From positions 56,716-120,715 of the IMG/VR virus record IMGVR_UViG_3300042290_000327: DNA of 64,000 nt; one strand, written 5' to 3'. The notes beneath the pieces were generated by a model that saw only the letters and a list, made by a program, of their open reading frames with translations, ran no database searches and was not told the DNA's origin. This document shows positions 8,421 to 16,666 of the stretch, in pieces. Origin of the DNA: a virus. Within the stretch, counting starts at the first letter, position 1, and each line of letters begins with the position of its first letter. The position numbers were made by a program, and so were the translations under genes.

Positions 8421-8567
8421 ATGGAAATTAAAACAATAAGAGAGTTAAAAGAAACTTTACAGTTTAATCTAATTACTTACTTAGATGGACATGATGATAA
8501 AGTCCTTGATACTATTTGTAAAATAGTAATTGATACAGTCAATAATTACGAAGTAAATAAAAAATAA
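8421..8567 (+). CDS. small early protein (48 aa, not in ORF track)
   Basis: MEIKTIRELKETLQFNLITYLDGHDDKVLDTICKIVIDTVNNYEVNKK. Confidence 0.8.
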   Translation: MEIKTIRELKETLQFNLITYLDGHDDKVLDTICKIVIDTVNNYEVNKK

Positions 8568-8572
8568 AGGTT

Positions 8573-8740
8573 ATGGCAAATATGAGTTACTGTCGATTCG
8601 AGAATACGTATAGCGATCTTTTAGATTGTTTAGCGAATATTTCAGATGTAGCTGGAAATGAAAGAGATGAACGATATAGGATTCGTTTGATTCAGCTTCT
8701 AAAAGAAAATAAAGATTTGATTGAGGAGTTGGAAGATTAG
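8573..8740 (+). CDS. small early protein of the MSYCRFENT type (55 aa, not in ORF track)
   Basis: MANMSYCRFENTYSDLLDCLANISDVAGNERDERYRIRLIQLLKENKDLIEELED; aaataaaggttATG leader. Confidence 0.8.
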   Translation: MANMSYCRFENTYSDLLDCLANISDVAGNERDERYRIRLIQLLKENKDLIEELED

Positions 8741-8785
8741 AATATAGTTCGTATCTTTAGATATAATTAAAAACAAACAAAGGTT

Positions 8786-8989
8786 ATGGAAATACTAAAA
8801 ACAACCACGGAGGTTCAAAAGGTAATCGAGACAATTGTTCAAGACGGCTCAAGCGTTTACATTGTAAAAGATTACTACCAGGCAGATAGCGATAAGATTA
8901 TTGATACGGTAATAACCACAAAAGATGGTTACGCGGTCGATGACCCTGCTGAATTCGAGTCTATTATCGAATTCCTCGAAGAAAATTAA
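8786..8989 (+). CDS. small acidic early protein
   Basis: Cassette ORF. Confidence 0.85.
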   Translation: MEILKTTTEVQKVIETIVQDGSSVYIVKDYYQADSDKIIDTVITTKDGYAVDDPAEFESIIEFLEEN

Positions 8990-9054
8990 AATAAAAGTTG
9001 GTTCGTGTTAACTTAGTTCGTATATTTAGGTATAATTAAAAACAAACAAAGGTT

Positions 9055-9555
9055 ATGAAAGCAAATGAATTAAATGAAGGGGTTTACGAAGTATTAACTC
9101 GCATTACTTACGCCCGAAAAGTGAATAGTTTTAGCGAATCTACTGCTAGCATGTTTATACATCTGTCAGATGAAACCAAAGCGGCTATAAAATCCTTCCC
9201 GGTTTTGGATTTCGATGATGATGTTGATTTGATGGATATTTTTACTCTTGATGGAGATCAGCAGTTTTATGTATTTCATAATACGACTACCGATGGATAT
9301 TTCTTAGTTGATACCCAGGGCTATAATTACCCCCGGTATATCACCCGACTATGGGGTTTCATGAATGAACAAACCGATGATCAAATCGATGATACATTCC
9401 TGCGAATGGATGGGCTGGTTCGAATTGCTGATGTTGCGATTTTAAGATCTGTGGTTAAGAGTTTGGCTTTTGATTTGCAGGAAGAAGGATTTGATAGAGC
9501 AGATATCATCAATTTCATCGATGCTCAAATCCACGGAGCACTTTTTGAAAAATAG
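9055..9555 (+). CDS. early hypothetical protein
   Basis: Cassette ORF; FLVDTQGYNYPRY motif. Confidence 0.85.
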   Translation: MKANELNEGVYEVLTRITYARKVNSFSESTASMFIHLSDETKAAIKSFPVLDFDDDVDLMDIFTLDGDQQFYVFHNTTTDGYFLVDTQGYNYPRYITRLWGFMNEQTDDQIDDTFLRMDGLVRIADVAILRSVVKSLAFDLQEEGFDRADIINFIDAQIHGALFEK

Positions 9556-9612
9556 TTGTCTCCTAAGATCTTAGTTCGTATATTTAGGTATAATTAAAAA
9601 CAAACAAAGGTT

Positions 9613-9804
9613 ATGAAAGATAATAAAGTTATAGTAGATACAGTAATTGATTTGCTAATTGATATCGATTGTGATGGCGAAACGATGGAGTTTATCCTTC
9701 ATAAAGTAGGAATGGAATATCAGATGCTAAGGCAGTTGATATTAAGTATGCCTTTAGAGCAGGTAGAATATCTTTTGGAAGAACGAAAAGGGTTGGTTAG
9801 TTAA
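9613..9804 (+). CDS. small early protein
   Basis: Cassette ORF; IDCDGETMEFIL. Confidence 0.85.
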   Translation: MKDNKVIVDTVIDLLIDIDCDGETMEFILHKVGMEYQMLRQLILSMPLEQVEYLLEERKGLVS

Positions 9805-9849
9805 AAGTTAGTTCGTATATTTAGGTATAATTAAAAACAAACAAAGGTT

Positions 9850-10602
9850 ATGATAAATGAAATTCAAGATCCCAATCAGCTTACTCTCGGTATTGAAAAC
9901 CAAGTATTGACTGTTGAGCAAATAGCGCGAGTAGAAGCATTCAAAGAGCGATTGACTAAGAGTAATGAAAATACTAAAGCTTCTTTGCTCCGTAAGCAGG
10001 CTCTACTGCTAGAAAATGGCTTTATCGAAGGTAAGGATTTTAGCTTCTCTATGGAGGAGGTAAATGAAGACGCAGATGTTAATGCCAATGGCTGGAATGA
10101 TAATGAGGTGATAGTTACTGTAGATGTTCGGCGGGTTAATGGTAAGTGTGTGCTACTCTACGATCGTTATGAAGCTACTTCTGATATGATTGTTCAGTCG
10201 ATAGCAGGTTTTAGTGTCGAGCTAAATAAAGTAGAGTGCCATACTATTAACGGTAATGGCCGGTGGGTTACCTTCCGGAAGCTGAAAGAGAACTTAGCTG
10301 AAAAGAACTCAAGTGCTCAATGGGAGATGAGTTCTGCTCGAAATAATAAGTCAGTGCTTAGCTATACTGCTGAAAAGTATCGGAAGCTTGCTCCTGGGGC
10401 TGAAGTGACGGTGAGCCGTGAAGGTGCGTCTAGTGGCCGTAGGTACTACTCCTTCGATACTGTGACTGTGAAGTTTCAAAATGGAAATCTATTAGTTGTT
10501 GCGCCCAGAAGGAATAATGATGAGGAGTTAGTTCATCGCTTTATCGATGTAACGACTGCTAATAAGAGTGCTGAAGAGCTAGTCCAGTACCTCGGTAAAT
10601 GA
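9850..10602 (+). CDS. early hypothetical protein
   Basis: 250-aa cassette ORF. Confidence 0.85.
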   Translation: MINEIQDPNQLTLGIENQVLTVEQIARVEAFKERLTKSNENTKASLLRKQALLLENGFIEGKDFSFSMEEVNEDADVNANGWNDNEVIVTVDVRRVNGKCVLLYDRYEATSDMIVQSIAGFSVELNKVECHTINGNGRWVTFRKLKENLAEKNSSAQWEMSSARNNKSVLSYTAEKYRKLAPGAEVTVSREGASSGRRYYSFDTVTVKFQNGNLLVVAPRRNNDEELVHRFIDVTTANKSAEELVQYLGK

Positions 10603-10766
10603 AGACTAAGCTAAAGAGGGTATCAGCTGAGCTGGCGGAGAACCTAAGGAAGTGGGAGCCGGATTTACTCCGGCCCTACTCCGCCGAGAGGAAGCAAGGA
10701 CCTAAGTACTTTACCTCCATCAAGCAGAAAGATGGATGGGATGAGATAAGCTACTATATAGATTAG
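10599..10766 (+). CDS. small early protein (55 aa, not in ORF track)
   Basis: MKTKLKRVSAELAENLRKWEPDLLRPYSAERKQGPKYFTSIKQKDGWDEISYYID; ATGA-coupled. Confidence 0.6.
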   Translation: MKTKLKRVSAELAENLRKWEPDLLRPYSAERKQGPKYFTSIKQKDGWDEISYYID

Positions 10767-10913
10767 ATAAGTTAGCCTCCTGGGTAGGGCGCTAATACAC
10801 CCAGGGTTTGTTTGTCTGGGTTGAGGTCCTTCGGGATCTCTTCCTGGTTACAATAGTTGCCTCCAGAGGATTTAGTTCGTATATTTAGGTATAATTAAAA
10901 ACAAATAAAAGTT

Positions 10914-11096
10914 ATGTCATCAGTTACAGAAAACGCACTTAGGGAAATCGCTTCAGCTTACGCCCAGGCAGTAGGTGTCCTAGAAGCTAGTATTAAGATC
11001 ACACTCGAGAGAGGTGCTAGCCTATCTACCCAGGAGAGGGAAGACCTACTAAAGAGAGGTCTAGAGAAATCTAAGGAGATAATCGATAACGCATAA
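10914..11096 (+). CDS. small early protein
   Basis: Cassette ORF. Confidence 0.8.
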   Translation: MSSVTENALREIASAYAQAVGVLEASIKITLERGASLSTQEREDLLKRGLEKSKEIIDNA

Positions 11097-11156
11097 GGGT
11101 TGGTCCTTCGGGACCTTCTTCTTATCTTTAAGTATAATTAAAAACAAACAACGGTT

Positions 11157-11378
11157 ATGAAAAGTAAAAAAGGTACAGTAAGTCCAATTATGGAAGTCGT
11201 TCTAATCAATGCTCTAAAGCTATGGCAGTCAAGCTTCATTCAGGAGCTAGATCAAATGAAGGCAGAGGGTAAGCGTCCAATGTTTCATCCTAACTGGACC
11301 TCGCTCATGATGCAGGACTTCGGTATCGAGTTCGGGATTGAGGAGCTTAAAAATACTCAACCCATCTTAGGGGATTAA
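11157..11378 (+). CDS. small early protein
   Basis: Cassette ORF. Confidence 0.8.
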   Translation: MKSKKGTVSPIMEVVLINALKLWQSSFIQELDQMKAEGKRPMFHPNWTSLMMQDFGIEFGIEELKNTQPILGD

Positions 11379-11497
11379 GAGTACTCCTGGGTTCAGTTTG
11401 TCTTCGCGACCAGCCCAGGATACTCTCCCCTATTAAGAGTTGGCCCTTCGGGGCCTTCTTCTTATCTTTAGATATAATAAACAAACAAACAAAGGTT

Positions 11498-11767
11498 ATG
11501 AAAGCAAAAGAAATCAAAGCAATGATGACGGCTCTTAAGAGTAAGGGCATAATGGTATCAGGTACAGCATCAGAGTTCTACGGTGCTAAGGCTTCTAATG
11601 AGGGTATATGGGTGGCTGCTGAGTATACCCCCAGTCTATTTGACTACTATAGCGAGGTGTGGGGTGATACATTCGGTGTAGAGCCTAAGCTGAATCAGAT
11701 GGTGGAAGATAACGGCTGGTACTTTGAATGGCATGACGCCGGTACGATGATGGTCTGGGAGGCCTGA
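11498..11767 (+). CDS. early hypothetical protein
   Basis: Cassette ORF; GWYFEWHDAGT motif. Confidence 0.85.
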   Translation: MKAKEIKAMMTALKSKGIMVSGTASEFYGAKASNEGIWVAAEYTPSLFDYYSEVWGDTFGVEPKLNQMVEDNGWYFEWHDAGTMMVWEA

Positions 11768-11782
11768 AATTAGAAACTAGGT

Positions 11783-11808
11783 AGGGGCCTTCGGGCCTCT
11801 TTTTTTTT
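11783..11808 (+). terminator. intrinsic terminator closing the early array
   Basis: aggggcc-TTCG-ggcctct followed by a T-run. Confidence 0.85.
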
Positions 11809-11811
11809 CCC

Positions 11812-11852
11812 GGAGGTCGGATGGAGGTCAAGGGTAGGTCAGGGCTAGGTCA
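11812..11852. repeat. four AGGTC repeats phased at exactly 11 bp
   Basis: AGGTC at 11814, 11825, 11836 and 11847. Confidence 0.75.
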
Positions 11853-12015
11853 CTGTTACTGCACTGTGCGATAACCATGCTAGTATATTTCACTATACGG
11901 TTTTCTCGACGGTATTCTCCAGCTAGTTAAAATAATGCATCGCTGATAGATTTTAAGGTATACTAATATATATTTATATATAGTAAATAAGGGTACAAGT
12001 ACTTCAACGGGTTAA

Positions 12016-12294
12016 TTAATTAGATTTAGTTGAGGTAAGATCCTTCAACTCCCTTTTTGTTTTTTCTTCAAGCTTATCCACCCTACTGTCAACATGACGG
12101 TAGACTGCCTCCAGGTCCCGCCTTATAGCGTTATCCTGTTCATTACTAAATTCGTATAACCTTTGCTCAGCCTTCTCAAAATTCGATACTTCTTTGATAA
12201 GGTTTTTAATTGCCATGTAATTCATAAACGTAACCGCAACTACTACCGAAGTAATAACAGCACCTACACCTAAAAGAAATGATATTGTTTCCAT
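12016..12294 (-). CDS. membrane-anchored coiled-coil protein; the only credible minus-strand gene
   Basis: N-terminal hydrophobic helix; own minus-strand promoter GTTG-N20-TATATTAAA at 12376-12344. Confidence 0.8.
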   Translation of the reverse strand: METISFLLGVGAVITSVVVAVTFMNYMAIKNLIKEVSNFEKAEQRLYEFSNEQDNAIRRDLEAVYRHVDSRVDKLEEKTKRELKDLTSTKSN

Positions 12295-12484
12295 ATTATA
12301 TATTTTATATATGTCAAAGCACTTGTAGCACCCTTACTACGGTTTTAATATAAGAACTTTTGGGGGTAAAACCAACTATTGACGGGAAAATTTTCCGGAA
12401 AAAAATTCTACTATACAGTTGCCTATATAAGTATATCTTTATATATTTAATATTATAGGAGAATCTCTATTTATATAAAAAACT

Positions 12485-12895
12485 ATGAAACTCATCTCTG
12501 CTTTACTCCAGGAATCTATCTCGGGTCTTTTTACCAACAGTATTAAGGACTTTGGCAATGATGAATATAATGTTTTTGCTACAGGCTACAGGATGTTAGG
12601 TGGGGAGATTACCTCCGGTGATGGTTTTTTGCAGGGATCTCGTGAGAATATGATAGATTTTAAGTTTACACCCAGTATCGTATCACCGGATTACGGTCAT
12701 TTTGCTTTTGATAACGTATCTTTACTTAATTACATCAAGACTAAGTTGATGGATACGGATTTGCGTAGGAAGATGGGGAAGGAATTCAATATTGCACCCG
12801 TTGCTAAGGATTTCGAGAGACAGATCCTTATAGCAGCCGGTAATAGCGCCGTTGATATCGTCTCAAGACTAGGCCGGCATAAGAAGGTGAACTAA
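12485..12895 (+). CDS. hypothetical protein with CTS-like leader MKLISALLQES
   Basis: TATTTATA at 12468; leader nearly identical to that of the ORF at 30590. Confidence 0.75.
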   Translation: MKLISALLQESISGLFTNSIKDFGNDEYNVFATGYRMLGGEITSGDGFLQGSRENMIDFKFTPSIVSPDYGHFAFDNVSLLNYIKTKLMDTDLRRKMGKEFNIAPVAKDFERQILIAAGNSAVDIVSRLGRHKKVN

Positions 12896-13329
12896 TGAAA
12901 CCTCTATCCCCTACCCTGTTTGAGCTCTTTGACTACGATGATCAGAACGATCTCCGGCAGGAAGGCTTGACGGGTGCGGTTTTGGATTACACCCAGCACC
13001 CGTACATCATCTTCGGGACCTTCATTCGGTCGGTTGAAAACTTCTATATCATCTGCCAGACATACCGCAATACATACGGGGAGAAATTTGATAAAATTGA
13101 GGAGCGCTTAAAGCACCAGTACTTTAATAGAGTGTACGGGTTCCTAGAAAGGTTCGATGAGACGCAATTGGAACACATAATTGAGGCCCGGCAGTTCACC
13201 GACTCAGAGATACTCTATGCAGTCAAGTCCGTGCTAGATTTTTATGAGTCTATAGAAGATTACAGAAAATGTGATAGGCTATGGAAAATACTTCTGCTAA
13301 CGGTAGGAGAAAAAGTTGGTAGAACCTAA
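12895..13329 (+). CDS. hypothetical protein with C-terminal UVR-like motif
   Basis: FYESIEDYRKC; TAATG coupling. Confidence 0.75.
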   Translation: MKPLSPTLFELFDYDDQNDLRQEGLTGAVLDYTQHPYIIFGTFIRSVENFYIICQTYRNTYGEKFDKIEERLKHQYFNRVYGFLERFDETQLEHIIEARQFTDSEILYAVKSVLDFYESIEDYRKCDRLWKILLLTVGEKVGRT

Positions 13330-13369
13330 ATACTTTCTTATCTTTAAGTATCAATAAAAAATAAAGGTT

Positions 13370-13561
13370 ATGTTTGGTATTATTATTTTATACTTGTTAA
13401 TAGGAGTTACGTTTAACTACCTGTGGGATGTTACTATCTCATATACCGGTTCGGAAGAGAATCGCTTCACTGTCAAAGAACGGCTTATTGTGTCTATGAT
13501 CTGGCCTGTGGCTTTAGGGTTTGGTCTAGCAACGTTTATAGCCGCTCTCTTTAAAAAATAA
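13370..13561 (+). CDS. small membrane protein
   Basis: Two hydrophobic segments (YLLIG...IWP); promoter at 13315. Confidence 0.75.
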   Translation: MFGIIILYLLIGVTFNYLWDVTISYTGSEENRFTVKERLIVSMIWPVALGFGLATFIAALFKK

Positions 13562-13564
13562 GTT

Positions 13565-14194
13565 ATGTCTTTAAAGAAGTTATCCTTTGACGAGGCTTTG
13601 GAGTTAGAATCCGAATCTCTTATTACTATCTACGATTTTCATCCTGATGCTACTGAGCTCCAGTACCACGCTCGGGCCAAGGAATGGTTCCAGAATTACT
13701 CTGATGTCCGGTTTAAATTCCGTCAGCATTCACCGTCCGAAGTCTCTAATATGTTAAACTGTGATTACCGCATTGATGTCCCGTTACCTTTTGAGCCTGA
13801 GACTAACACCCACGCCTGGAAATTCCTTTATGCCAAGTTAACTGAAGACCTTGTCAAGTTCAAGCAGTATCATTCTAAGGGCAGCTTTGTCTATGTTTTA
13901 ACCAATCCCGCCTATCCGGACTATGTCAAGATCGGTAAGGCTGTTAATCCTTTACGGAGAGTGGAGCAGATCAACGGACCCGGTGTTGTTTCGGAATGGT
14001 CACTTCGGTACTCATTACCGGTAGAGAATGACTATATGATAGAGCATTCCGTTCATGAGTATCTTGTCAATCACCGGCAGTCCACCGACCAGGGTTCCTC
14101 AAGAGAGTTTTTTAACGTAACCCTAGACCGTGCCATCGAAGTAATTGAGATGATGGGGGAAAGAACCAAGACCGGTGCCGGGATATACTATTAG
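13565..14194 (+). CDS. T5orf172/GIY-YIG-domain protein
   Basis: FVYVLTNPAYPDYVKIG...RR...E..VH...REFF. Confidence 0.8.
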   Translation: MSLKKLSFDEALELESESLITIYDFHPDATELQYHARAKEWFQNYSDVRFKFRQHSPSEVSNMLNCDYRIDVPLPFEPETNTHAWKFLYAKLTEDLVKFKQYHSKGSFVYVLTNPAYPDYVKIGKAVNPLRRVEQINGPGVVSEWSLRYSLPVENDYMIEHSVHEYLVNHRQSTDQGSSREFFNVTLDRAIEVIEMMGERTKTGAGIYY

Positions 14195-14402
14195 TAGGGA
14201 TTTGCGGGTCGACTTGGTGCGCGGCGCGGCGCGTGTTAAAACCTTTTTTCTAAACCAGTTGTTTCGCATTGATCTAGTTCGTATATTAAAAACGAAGGGG
14301 AAGAGAAAAAGGGAGAAGGGAAATATACTTAATATATTATAATATACTAGATATAGATAATATAAATTAATAATATATTTTAATAATAATTAGTAAGCAG
14401 AT

Positions 14403-14585
14403 ATGAAAAATAAAACTATATACCAAGACAAGATAAGTCGACTTGAATCTCAAATTAGGAAGATCGAGCACAACGTTGCAACACTTAATCGTGATGCAGC
14501 TTACGTAGAACTTGATAAAGCAAGAGAGATTCTTAGAGATATGCAAAGTATGGTTAACCGAGAAGAAGAATATTTTAAATCCTAA
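14403..14585 (+). CDS. small coiled-coil protein
   Basis: ORF downstream of the promoter at 14258. Confidence 0.7.
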   Translation: MKNKTIYQDKISRLESQIRKIEHNVATLNRDAAYVELDKAREILRDMQSMVNREEEYFKS

Positions 14586-14587
14586 CT

Positions 14588-15325
14588 ATGATACTTACAC
14601 CCGAACAGGTAGAAGCTAATTGGACCCGTCATCTTCAATATATTGAGGACTATATCACCGGAGACCGTAAGGAAAAACTTAAAAGTACCTATCAAGCACT
14701 AGCAGACCACATGGTCCTTGCTCCTGCCTCCTCTAAAACATGGTATCACAACGCTTTCCCCGGTGGATACATCGAGCATGTCAATAGAGTTGTTGAATTA
14801 TCGCTAAGGACTATGAAGTTCTGGGGTGTTTCCGGTGCAGAAATCGATTTTACCGAAGAAGAACTTGTTTTTGCTGCTCTAAACCACGATTTAGGTAAGA
14901 TCGGTGACGGAGAACAGGATGGTTACCTACCTCAAACCGATAATTGGAGGAGAGATAAGCTAAAAGAGGAGTATTCTATCAATACTTCCCTAGATTTTAT
15001 GCTTATTCAAGACCGATCCCTATATCTCCTCCAGAAATACGGTATTTCCATGTCTCAGAAAGAGTATTTAGGTATCAGACTACATGATGGCATCTTCGAT
15101 GATGCAAATAAAGCGTATTTCTTCAATCATAACCCGGATTCTAGGTTCAAAACCAACATAGTCTTCGTTCTACACCAGGCCGATTTCATGGCTTCTAAGA
15201 TAGAATACGATAGATGGTTGAAAACAGGGGGTAAAACAGCTCCTAACAACGAAAAACTTAAGACTTCTACAGGAAAAACTGTTAAATCTTCAGAAGGCCT
15301 CAGTAATTTACTTAAAAATATATAA
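14588..15325 (+). CDS. HD-domain phosphohydrolase (YhaM-like HD domain)
   Basis: APAS...HNAFPGGYIEH, HDLGKIG, HDG and HQAD motifs. Confidence 0.85.
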   Translation: MILTPEQVEANWTRHLQYIEDYITGDRKEKLKSTYQALADHMVLAPASSKTWYHNAFPGGYIEHVNRVVELSLRTMKFWGVSGAEIDFTEEELVFAALNHDLGKIGDGEQDGYLPQTDNWRRDKLKEEYSINTSLDFMLIQDRSLYLLQKYGISMSQKEYLGIRLHDGIFDDANKAYFFNHNPDSRFKTNIVFVLHQADFMASKIEYDRWLKTGGKTAPNNEKLKTSTGKTVKSSEGLSNLLKNI

Positions 15326-15328
15326 AAA

Positions 15329-15598
15329 ATGTTGGTTTTAATCATTTTATTAGCTATATTAGTGGGAGTCCTCGGGTTCTCTACATGGAATCTCCTTAAA
15401 AAACTAGAGAAACTAGAGGATACCGTTCAAAATCAACAGAAATACGTTGAGGATATCTCCAATGTTCTCGAGGATTCAAGCAAAAGGTTACGTGAAATCG
15501 ACAGTAAGGGGAGCTTTAGCTCCGATGACGAGGTGGGTTTCTTCTTTGAAAACTTAAAACAAATACAGAGTGTCCTCGATGCCTACATCCTTAAGTAA
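15329..15598 (+). CDS. membrane-anchored coiled-coil protein
   Basis: N-terminal TM segment, then heptads and DDEVGFFF. Confidence 0.75.
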   Translation: MLVLIILLAILVGVLGFSTWNLLKKLEKLEDTVQNQQKYVEDISNVLEDSSKRLREIDSKGSFSSDDEVGFFFENLKQIQSVLDAYILK

Positions 15599-15601
15599 TA
15601 C

Positions 15602-16303
15602 ATGGGCAGAAAGAAAAGTGATACTAACTATTTCACGCAAGACACCGAAGACGCAATTGTAGCGTACAATAACTCGAAAGATGTAACCTTTCGTCAGAAG
15701 ATTTTCACGGATAAAATCTATTATCCGTTCTACAAACTAGTAGAAAACATTATTCACACCTTTAGATTCTACTACACCGATGTGGAAGACCTAGAGGACT
15801 TAAAGCACGAGGTTATCTCCCTACTTATTGAGGAGAAGATACATATGTTTGATTCAACCCGTGGTGCGAAAGCATACTCTTACTTCGGGACTATCGTCAA
15901 AAGGCATCTTATTAACTATAACAATAAGAATTATAAGCGTTTAAAGTCTCTAGCACCGGTTGAAGACTTTAACGGCACCTATGACTTAGATACAGCCGAT
16001 GTAAGACCTTACGCATTTACACTCAGGCAGATCTTTGACATATATATCGAGAGGACTTATGATAAGTTAGATGACCTTTTTCCTAAAGAGTCCGACCGCA
16101 AGGTCGCTGATGCGATACTCATTCTCTTTAAGAAGCGTTATGATTTAGATATCTTCAAGAAGAAGGCTTTATATATTTATATCCGAGAGATGACAGGTAC
16201 CGAGACTCCGTACCTCACCAAAGTCATCAACGTACTCAAGACAGAATTCTACCAACTATACAACGGACTAGAAGAACAAGGATTAATTGATCTAAAAAAC
16301 TAA
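15602..16303 (+). CDS. putative late-transcription sigma factor (T4 gp55-like)
   Basis: NYFT...KLVENII...FDSTRGAKAYSYFGTIVKR resembles the sigma region-2 F.P...NPFAYFTQ motif of gp55. Confidence 0.6.
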   Translation: MGRKKSDTNYFTQDTEDAIVAYNNSKDVTFRQKIFTDKIYYPFYKLVENIIHTFRFYYTDVEDLEDLKHEVISLLIEEKIHMFDSTRGAKAYSYFGTIVKRHLINYNNKNYKRLKSLAPVEDFNGTYDLDTADVRPYAFTLRQIFDIYIERTYDKLDDLFPKESDRKVADAILILFKKRYDLDIFKKKALYIYIREMTGTETPYLTKVINVLKTEFYQLYNGLEEQGLIDLKN

Positions 16304-16327
16304 CCTTTCTATTTATAAAGAAAAGGC

Positions 16328-16666
16328 ATGGCACTAGACAAGACTTTGTTTAAGGATAAGACTTTCTCCGACGTCTTAGAAGAGATATATAATAACTCAA
16401 AAAAGAAGGATAAGCAGATCACCGCTCTAATTGGAGAGCTTAAGCCGCTGGTTGAAAATATCGGTGACGCTACCCTAGTAGTCCCTATGATCGCTAACTA
16501 CCTAGAGATAGGAGTTAAGAACGATGAAATGCTAGTAAAGATGCTCACCATAGTCCAGAGGATGGACAACGCTAAATCATCAGGCGATACTGCAGGGTTT
16601 GAGTTAGGTGCTGAAGAACTTGCACAGATTCTAGACCAGGCCAATGCCCTGGCACAGGAGAAGTAA
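16328..16666 (+). CDS. helical hypothetical protein, first gene of the late baseplate operon
   Basis: TATTTATA at 16310. Confidence 0.75.
   Translation: MALDKTLFKDKTFSDVLEEIYNNSKKKDKQITALIGELKPLVENIGDATLVVPMIANYLEIGVKNDEMLVKMLTIVQRMDNAKSSGDTAGFELGAEELAQILDQANALAQEK

Larger units (their letters stand above)
6205..11500 (+). repeat. array of 15 promoter/leader repeats GTTG-N20-TA(T/C)(A/C)TTTAGGTATAATTAAAAACAAACAAAGGTTATG, each heading a small ORF
   Basis: Copies end at ATGs 6264, 6478, 6964, 7368, 7716, 8034, 8250, 8421, 8786, 9055, 9613, 9850, 10914, 11157, 11498; identical 45-mers at 9013, 9571 and 9808. Confidence 0.95.

Noticed and set aside
6205-11500. CRISPR array interpretation of the recurring 45-bp repeat
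   Set aside because: Intervening segments are 100-900 bp intact ORFs, the repeats contain promoter boxes and the ATG, and no cas operon is present
4295-14235. CACGCGC (4295) and GCGCGTG (14229) as inverted ends of an invertible or mobile segment
   Set aside because: Only 7 bp, not extendable, and no recombinase is visible
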